DNA of 32,000 nucleotides from Xanthomonas campestris pv. campestris str. ATCC 33913 (GTDB lineage Bacteria; Pseudomonadota; Gammaproteobacteria; Xanthomonadales; Xanthomonadaceae): NCBI RefSeq assembly GCF_000007145.1, contig NC_003902.1, positions 3,056,497 to 3,088,496 of the forward strand, read 5' to 3'. Shown piece by piece: positions 26,153 to 32,000 of this stretch (position 1 is its first letter; each line of letters starts with the position of its first letter). The notes under the pieces were generated by a model. It saw only the letters and a program-made list of their open reading frames with translations, ran no database searches and was not told where the DNA came from. The position numbers and the translations under genes were made by a program.

Positions 26153-27460
26153 GTGGACGTGATGCAGGCAGCCGGGTTGATCCCCGCCACCCCACCGGCA
26201 CCGGTGCTGGTCGCCTACAGCGGTGGCATGGATTCGGCCGTGTTGCTGCACGCCCTGGCCGCCACCGACGGCTACCGCGAGGCCGGCCTGCGCGCCGTGC
26301 ATGTCCACCATGGCCTGCATGCGGATGCTGACGCCTGGGCGCTGCACTGCCAACAGCAGTGCGCGGACCTGGGGATTGCCCTGCAGGTCGTGCGCGTACA
26401 GGTGGCACGCGACAGCGGCAGCGGGCTGGAAGCGGCTGCGCGCGCTGCGCGGCATGCGGCCTTTGCAGCGACCCTGGCCGCGGGTGAGTGGCTGGCATTG
26501 GCGCATCACCGTGACGACCAGGCCGAAACCTTCCTGCTGCGCGCGCTGCGCGCTTCCGGCCCTGACGGACTGGCGGCGATGCGTCCGCAGCGCCCGTTCG
26601 GCCCGGGCACGCTGTGGCGCCCGTTGCTCGGCCACGCACGCGCCGACCTGGCGGCCTATGCGCAGGCGCATGCAGTGCGCTGGATCGACGACCCCAGCAA
26701 TACCGATCCGCAGCACGAGCGCAATTTCCTGCGCACGCAGGTTCTGCCGGCGCTGCAGCAGCGCTGGCCGCTGGCGGCCGATGCACTGGCCCGCAGCGCG
26801 CAGCTGTGCGGCGATGCCAGCACCCTGCTGCACGACGACGACGTCAACCTGCTGCCCACCGTCTGCAACAGCGCCGGCGCCCTGGAGCTGCAGCCATTGC
26901 GCAGCCATTCCCCCGCGCGCCGCGCACGCCTGTTGCGCGCCTGGGTGGCCGCTGCGCACGCGCCGCCGCTGCCGGCGCAGGGCGTGCACGCACTCGAACG
27001 CGAGATCGCCACCACGCAGCCGGATCGGCAGACCTGCTTTGCCTGGCAACAGACAGAAATTCGCCGCTGGCGTCAGCAGCTGTACCTGCTCAGTGCGCGC
27101 GCGACGTGGCCAGCGCAGTGGCAGGCCGAGTGGAACGGCGACAGCACACTGTTATTGCCCGACGGCGCGCAACTGCAACTGCGCGGCACGCCGGGCTTGC
27201 GCTTCGAGCAGCCACTGCAAGTGCGCGCGCGCCAGGGGGGCGAGCGCATCGTGCTGCCGGGCCGGACCCATTCGCATCAGCTCAAACATCTGCTGCAGCA
27301 ATCAGACCTGCCGCCGTGGGAACGCACGCGCCTGCCCTTGTTGTGGGCCGGCAAGACGTTGCTGGCCGCCGGTGATCAGATCGTGTCTGCCAAGCTGGAC
27401 CAGTGGTTGCGTGCGCACGCCGCGCGCCTGCAGTGGCGCAGCGCTGCACCCGCGAATTGA
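26153..27460 (+). CDS. tilS: tRNA(Ile)-lysidine synthetase
   Basis: PP-loop [16 protein letters not shown] and [16 protein letters not shown]. About 435 aa. GTG 26153 or ATG 26162 as start. Confidence 0.85.
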   Translation: MDVMQAAGLIPATPPAPVLVAYSGGMDSAVLLHALAATDGYREAGLRAVHVHHGLHADADAWALHCQQQCADLGIALQVVRVQVARDSGSGLEAAARAARHAAFAATLAAGEWLALAHHRDDQAETFLLRALRASGPDGLAAMRPQRPFGPGTLWRPLLGHARADLAAYAQAHAVRWIDDPSNTDPQHERNFLRTQVLPALQQRWPLAADALARSAQLCGDASTLLHDDDVNLLPTVCNSAGALELQPLRSHSPARRARLLRAWVAAAHAPPLPAQGVHALEREIATTQPDRQTCFAWQQTEIRRWRQQLYLLSARATWPAQWQAEWNGDSTLLLPDGAQLQLRGTPGLRFEQPLQVRARQGGERIVLPGRTHSHQLKHLLQQSDLPPWERTRLPLLWAGKTLLAAGDQIVSAKLDQWLRAHAARLQWRSAAPAN

Positions 27461-27491
27461 CCCGCCTGCGCGCGCGCCGCACACTTTGTCG

Positions 27492-27755
27492 ATGGCCAAG
27501 AAGTCTTTGAACGAATCCTCCCCCGTCGCCCGCTTCGAACAGTCGCTGGAAGAACTCGAGCAACTGGTGCAGAAGATGGAAGTGGGCGAGATGAGCCTGG
27601 AGCAGTCGCTCACCGCCTACGAGCGCGGCATCGGGCTGTACCGCGATTGCCAGCAGGCGCTGGAACAGGCGGAATTGCGCGTGCGTCTGGTGACCGACCC
27701 CGCACGCCCCGAACAGGCAGAAGCATTCGAGCCGCCGTCGCTGGATGGCGGCTGA
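27492..27755 (+). CDS. xseB: Exodeoxyribonuclease VII small subunit
   Basis: 87 aa: ...[50 protein letters not shown], the classic XseB helical hairpin. Located immediately upstream of ispA. Confidence 0.9.
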   Translation: MAKKSLNESSPVARFEQSLEELEQLVQKMEVGEMSLEQSLTAYERGIGLYRDCQQALEQAELRVRLVTDPARPEQAEAFEPPSLDGG

Positions 27756-28631
27756 GTGAGCGCGGCGTTGTTTGAGCGCTGGGTTGCTCGCACCGAACGG
27801 CAGCTGGACGCCTGCCTTCCCAGCCCCGCCCTCGCCCCGCAGCGTCTGCACGCGGCCATGCGCCACGCCGTGCTCGGTGGCGGCAAGCGCATGCGTCCGC
27901 TGTTGGTCTATGCAAGCGGTGCCTTGTTCGGCGCCGAAGAAGGCAGCCTGGATGCGCCGGCGGTGGCGGTGGAACTGATCCACGCGTATTCGCTGGTGCA
28001 CGATGACCTACCCGCGATGGACGATGACGCGCTGCGTCGCGGCCACCCTACGGTGCACATCGCCTTCGACGAAGCCACTGCGATCCTGGCCGGCGATGCC
28101 TTGCAGGCACGCGCATTCGAACTGCTGGCCGAGGCACCGGCAGATGCGGCACTGCGGGTGGGCTGGTTGCAGAGCCTGGCATCTGCCGCCGGTGCGGCCG
28201 GCATGTGTGGCGGGCAGGCGCTGGATATCGACGCCACCGGGCAGGTGCAGGCGCTGGAGGCACTGCAGCGCATGCATGCACTCAAGACCGGTGCGCTGAT
28301 CCGCGCCGCGGTGCGCATGGGCGTGCTGACAGGCGGCGCGGGTATTGCCGACCAGCAGCGCCTGGATGCGTTTGCCGACGCGCTGGGGCTCGCGTTCCAG
28401 GTGCGTGACGACATCCTGGATGTGGAATCAAGCTCCGCCCAGCTCGGCAAGACTGCCGGCAAGGATGCGGCGCAGTCCAAGTCCACCTACCCCGCCTTGC
28501 TGGGCATGGACGGCGCCAAAACCAAGCTGGCGGAACTGGCCAGCCATATGCATGCGCTGTTGCTGCCCTACGGCGAATCCGGCGCCACCTTGGCCAGCCT
28601 CGGCCGCTTCGCGGTCGACCGCGCCCACTAG
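27756..28631 (+). CDS. ispA: (2E,6E)-farnesyl diphosphate synthase / geranyltranstransferase
   Basis: GTG 27756 abuts the xseB stop. First Asp-rich motif LVHDDLPAMDDD, second FQVRDDILD, plus GKRMRP and KTGALI. Confidence 0.9.
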   Translation: MSAALFERWVARTERQLDACLPSPALAPQRLHAAMRHAVLGGGKRMRPLLVYASGALFGAEEGSLDAPAVAVELIHAYSLVHDDLPAMDDDALRRGHPTVHIAFDEATAILAGDALQARAFELLAEAPADAALRVGWLQSLASAAGAAGMCGGQALDIDATGQVQALEALQRMHALKTGALIRAAVRMGVLTGGAGIADQQRLDAFADALGLAFQVRDDILDVESSSAQLGKTAGKDAAQSKSTYPALLGMDGAKTKLAELASHMHALLLPYGESGATLASLGRFAVDRAH

Positions 28632-29112
28632 GCACGGCTAACCAGGCCTCATGCGCGGCTGCCAAGCGCGTGTGATGGTGCGTGGGTGTCTGGCGCGGCG
28701 ACATCCGACGCATCGCTCCGCACATCACCGCCCCTGCTAGACCCCAACGCAATCACAGCGCTGGCGCGGGCATCACCTTCCCGGTGTTCGCGTTACGCGA
28801 CACGTTTGCGCATTCCGTGCGCCACCGCACGGTCGATCACGCGGGTCCATTCAGGCAACAGGCGCGCCTGGTCACAAAACGGCACATTGGTCGCCAGCGT
28901 TTGTGTCAGCCGGCGACACACAGGCACCACAATTCCGTGACCGCCAGCAGGCTTTATCGCTGAATTATCTACACCAGTGATGTATCCGGATGCATAACCC
29001 ATGCGCCACATCCAGAAATATCGCTAATTGAACGGCTTGTCGCGTTCGCTCGCTCTGCCTAGGTTTGGCCTGCCCGCGCTTGCGGGCATCCCCCGACCAA
29101 GGAGAGTCACTG

Positions 29113-30210
29113 GTGAAGAATGTTTTTCTTGCATCGTTTGCAGCAGGCACGCTGGCCGTCGTCGGCGTGCTCGGTTCGGCGCAGGCACAGTCCGTGCGCG
29201 GACCGGTTCCGTTGACCATCGAACTGGCGCCAGTGGCCGACCAGGCCGGGCGACATCAAGGCAAGATCGCGGTCACCGTCACCAACAACGGTAGCCAGGT
29301 TGCCCGCGTTCCGACCTATCAGCTGCCGCTGAAGTCGCTGGACAACGGCATCCTGGAGGTGAGCCGCGACGGCAAGCCGGTGGACTACACCGGGCGCCTG
29401 GTCAAGCGCGGCCTGCCCAAGGCAGCCGACTTCACCATCCTGCAGCCGGGCCAGAGCGTCCAGGGCGAGGTGGATCTGGCCGGCGCCTATGACCTGTCCA
29501 CCAGCGGCAACTACACCATCCAGGTGCGCTCGTCGCTGCAGTACGCCTCGCTGTCCGATGGCAGCCCGATGAAGGCCGCAAACGGCCTGCCGGCAGTGGC
29601 CACCAGCACCCCGCTCACTGTTTGGCTGGATGGCGCGCGACGTGGTGTATAGCGCCAGCTCGCAATCGGCCCGACCGCCGTGGTCAACGGCATCAACTAT
29701 CTCAACTGCAGCACCACCCGCACCAACCAGGCCGCCAGTGGCGTCGCTGCCGCGCGTAATTACTCGCAGAACGCGCGTACCTACCTCAACGGCGGCAGCA
29801 CCGGGGCGCGCTACACCACCTGGTTCGGCACCTACAACGCCGCGCGCTACAGCCGGGTCAGCTCCAACTTCGTCAACATCGACAACGCGCTGGACCAGAA
29901 CAATGGCCAGCTGACGATCAACTGCAGCTGCGAAGCGGATCTGGCGGACGCCTTCGCTTACGTCTATCCGAACCAGCCGTACGAGATCCATGTCTGCAAC
30001 GCGTTCTGGAGCGCGTCGACAACCGGCACCGACTCCAAGGCCGGCACGCTGGTGCACGAGACCAGCCACTTCACCGTGGTGGCCGGCACCCAGGACCGCG
30101 TGTATGGTCAGTCCGGCGCACGCAGCCTGGCGATCAGCAACCCGGCCCAGGCGATCACCAATGCCGACAGCCACGAGTACTTTGCCGAGAACACCCCGGC
30201 GCAGAACTGA
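29113..30210 (+). pseudogene. M35 (aspzincin, peptidyl-Lys metalloendopeptidase / AsaP1-like) preproprotease interrupted by an in-frame TAG at 29650-29652
   Basis: AAGGAG (29099-104) followed by GTG 29113. Signal peptide KNVFLASFAAGTLAVVGVLGSAQA and a propeptide domain. Then ...VWLDGARRGV-TAG-RQLAIGPTAVVNG... continues in the same frame into the catalytic domain, with HETSH (30055-69), the aspzincin motif GTQDRVYG (30085-108) and NADSHEYFAEN. Confidence 0.75.
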
Positions 30211-30224
30211 TTGCGTGACTTTCT

Positions 30225-30266
30225 AAAAACGCCAAAGGCCCGGCATGACTGCCGGGCCTTTGTTTT
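30225..30266. terminator. Bidirectional rho-independent terminator between the M35 gene and the DUF4870 gene
   Basis: AAAAAC..CAAAGGCCCGGCA tgac TGCCGGGCCTTTG TTTT. 13-bp stem at 30233-45 / 30250-62. Confidence 0.7.
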
Positions 30267-30281
30267 ACGCGTAATCAAGAA

Positions 30282-30674
30282 TTACTTGATCAGGCGCAGC
30301 GTGAACGGATAGCGGTAGCTCTCGCCGCTGTTGGCCTTGACCGCCGCCAGGATGCAGAGCACCAGGTTGGCGACCCACACCAGCGTCGGCACGAAGAACA
30401 GGATGCCGAACGACACGATGGTCAGGATCACCGCAGCCACGTAGGCGATGATCACGGTGATCTGGAAGTTCAGCGCTTCCTTGGCCTGGTCGGTGGCAAA
30501 CGGCTTGGACGGGCCGGCGTCCTTGCTGATCAGCCAGATCACCAGCGCGCCGATGAAGGACGTCAGGATGCCCAGCAGGTGCGCGGCCAGTGCCAACGTG
30601 CGCTCTTCCGAGGGCGTGCCGGTGCTGATCGGCGGCGGTGGTGGCGCGGCGTGTGTGTCGAACTCGCTCATCAT
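30282..30674 (-). CDS. DUF4870 domain-containing membrane protein
   Basis: 130 aa with GGGGAG upstream of ATG 30674. Pro-rich N-terminus, then ERTLALAAHLLGIL..., AKEALNFQITV and GESYRYPFTLRLIK, the pattern I associate with DUF4870. Three TM helices. Confidence 0.75.
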   Translation of the reverse strand: MMSEFDTHAAPPPPPISTGTPSEERTLALAAHLLGILTSFIGALVIWLISKDAGPSKPFATDQAKEALNFQITVIIAYVAAVILTIVSFGILFFVPTLVWVANLVLCILAAVKANSGESYRYPFTLRLIK

Positions 30675-30798
30675 GTCTCCCCATGCATGGTTGTGGTGTG
30701 CGGCGGACTATAGCAACCAATCCGCGCGCCACCAGTGCGGGAAGCCATGGGTCCGCCAGCGCCGGGACGCTGGCGGGCGCAGTTACTGGGCGGGTGAC

Positions 30799-32000
30799 TC
30801 AGCTGTCGCCGGCCACGGTCATGCGATTGATCAGCACCGAGCCGATCTTGACGTGCGAGCGCGGGTCGACATCGCTGCCCACCGCTTCGATCCCGGCAAA
30901 CATGTCGCGCAGGTTGCCGGCAATGGTCAGCCCGTCGACCGGATAGGCGATCTCGCCGTTCTCGACCCAGAACCCGCCGGCACCGCGCGAATAGTCGCCG
31001 GTCACCGCGTTGACGCCGTTGCCCATCAGCTCGGTGACCAGCAGCCCGCGCGACATGCCGGCGACCATCGATGCCAGGTCGCCGGCATTGGCGGTCACCT
31101 GCAGGTTGTGCACCCCGCCGGCATTGGCGGTGGTCTGCAGCCCGAGCTTGCGCGCCGAATAGCTGCCCAGCACATAACGCTGCAGCACGCCGCCGTCGAC
31201 CAGAGCCGAGCGACGCGTGGCCACGCCTTCCCCGTCGAACGCGGCCGAGCGCAGGCCGCGACGCAAGTGCGGCAATTCCTCGATACCGAACCAGTCGGGA
31301 AACAGCTGGGTGCCGACGCTATCAAGCAGGAAGCTGGCGCGGCGGTACAACGCACCGCCGGACACTGCACCGAGCAGATGCCCAACGAGCGAGCGTGCCA
31401 CTTCCGGCGCGAACAGCACTGGCAACTGGCCGGTCGGCAGCGAGCGCGGCTGCAACCGTGCCACGGTGCGCGCGGCGGCATGCCGGCCGATCGCGTCCGG
31501 CGCTTCCAGGTCTTCGCGCGCCAGCGCACTGCTGTACCAACCATCGCGCTGCATGCCATCGCCCTGCCCGGCAATCAGCGCGCAGCTGATCGAATGATGG
31601 GTGCCACGCTCGCGCCCGATGAATCCGTGCGAGTTGGCATACACCGACAGGCTGAGCCCGGTACTGGCCGAGGCGCCATCGGAGTTACTGATCCGCGCAT
31701 CGGCCTGCCGGCCGGCGTTTTCGCAGGCCAGCGCCAGGTCCACGGCGGTGTCGGCATCCAGCGCCCACGGGTGCCAGCTGTCCAGCTCGGGGAAGTCGCG
31801 CGCCATCAGCTCCGCATCGGCCAGGCCGGCGGCGGGGTCATCTTCGGTATAGCGGGCAATGGCGCAGGCCTGCGCAACGGTGGCCTCCAGGCTGGATTCC
31901 TGCAGGTCGGCGGTGCTCGCACTGCCCTTGCGCTTGCCGAAGTACACCGTGACCGCAATGCCGCGATCGCGCGTGGACTCGACCGTTTCCACCTCGCCGA
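30799..32000 (-). CDS. pmbA: Metalloprotease PmbA (TldD/PmbA family), N-terminus outside the window
   Basis: The frame is open to the window edge. ...AVSGGALYRRASFLLDS..., SYSARKLGLQTTANAGGVHN, GLLVTELMGNGVNAVTGDYSRGAGGFWVENGEIAYPV and TIAGNLRDMF are collinear with E. coli PmbA as I recall it. Confidence 0.85.
   Translation of the reverse strand, partial: GEVETVESTRDRGIAVTVYFGKRKGSASTADLQESSLEATVAQACAIARYTEDDPAAGLADAELMARDFPELDSWHPWALDADTAVDLALACENAGRQADARISNSDGASASTGLSLSVYANSHGFIGRERGTHHSISCALIAGQGDGMQRDGWYSSALAREDLEAPDAIGRHAAARTVARLQPRSLPTGQLPVLFAPEVARSLVGHLLGAVSGGALYRRASFLLDSVGTQLFPDWFGIEELPHLRRGLRSAAFDGEGVATRRSALVDGGVLQRYVLGSYSARKLGLQTTANAGGVHNLQVTANAGDLASMVAGMSRGLLVTELMGNGVNAVTGDYSRGAGGFWVENGEIAYPVDGLTIAGNLRDMFAGIEAVGSDVDPRSHVKIGSVLINRMTVAGDS

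Noticed and set aside
26223-27755. 510-aa plus-strand ORF overlapping tilS in another frame
   Set aside because: Only its last 88 codons (27492..27755) are real, and these are xseB. The upstream part is an Arg/Cys/Ala-rich alternative frame of tilS.
28793-29011. 72-aa minus-strand ORF between ispA and the M35 gene
   Set aside because: No RBS, no recognisable motif and no support from neighbouring gene orientation. It is noted only under the intergenic-gap finding.
1-32000. Search by eye for CRISPR arrays, rRNA or tRNA genes, IS elements or transposases, integrases, toxin-antitoxin pairs or known phage-defence genes
   Set aside because: I saw no regularly spaced direct repeats, no cloverleaf-like or rRNA-like segments, and no ORF with transposase, integrase or defence-type motifs.

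Overview
High-GC window, about 68-72% GC in hand-counted flank lines. Gene content looks Xanthomonas/Stenotrophomonas-like, which is inference. Most of it is ordinary chromosomal housekeeping. From the left: three tandem M13 (neprilysin/PepO-like) peptidase paralogs (first one partial), then a minus-strand block of rhomboid protease, alkyltransferase-like (ATL) protein, glutathione reductase, DadA-like FAD oxidoreductase, DUF418/YeiB-like membrane protein and SlyD. Next come two tandem NlpC/P60 lipoproteins. Right of the accessory cluster: acyl-CoA thioesterase, an orphan membrane protein, a SAM methyltransferase, a DAACS symporter, an alkaline phosphatase lipoprotein, tilS-xseB-ispA, an M35 aspzincin protease gene, a DUF4870 membrane protein and partial pmbA. 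The stand-out region is a lower-GC accessory cluster at about 13.2-20.3 kb with no mobility genes. It starts with a near-consensus sigma-54 promoter, followed by DUF4956 membrane protein, VTC-domain (Vtc4-like polyphosphate polymerase tunnel) protein, phytase-like lipoprotein, OprO/OprP-type phosphate/polyphosphate porin, NtrC-type sigma-54 activator and HAMP histidine kinase. I read it as a candidate uncharacterised envelope polyphosphate system. Its own activator carries an in-frame TAG in place of the conserved Glu of the GN(V/I)REL motif. A second gene that otherwise looks intact, the M35 peptidyl-Lys-type protease, also has a single in-frame TAG, at the propeptide/catalytic junction. The third M13 paralog has lost several catalytic residues (HExxH reads HEMTR) and looks like a pseudoenzyme. 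I recognised no rRNA, tRNA, CRISPR array, transposase or integrase.
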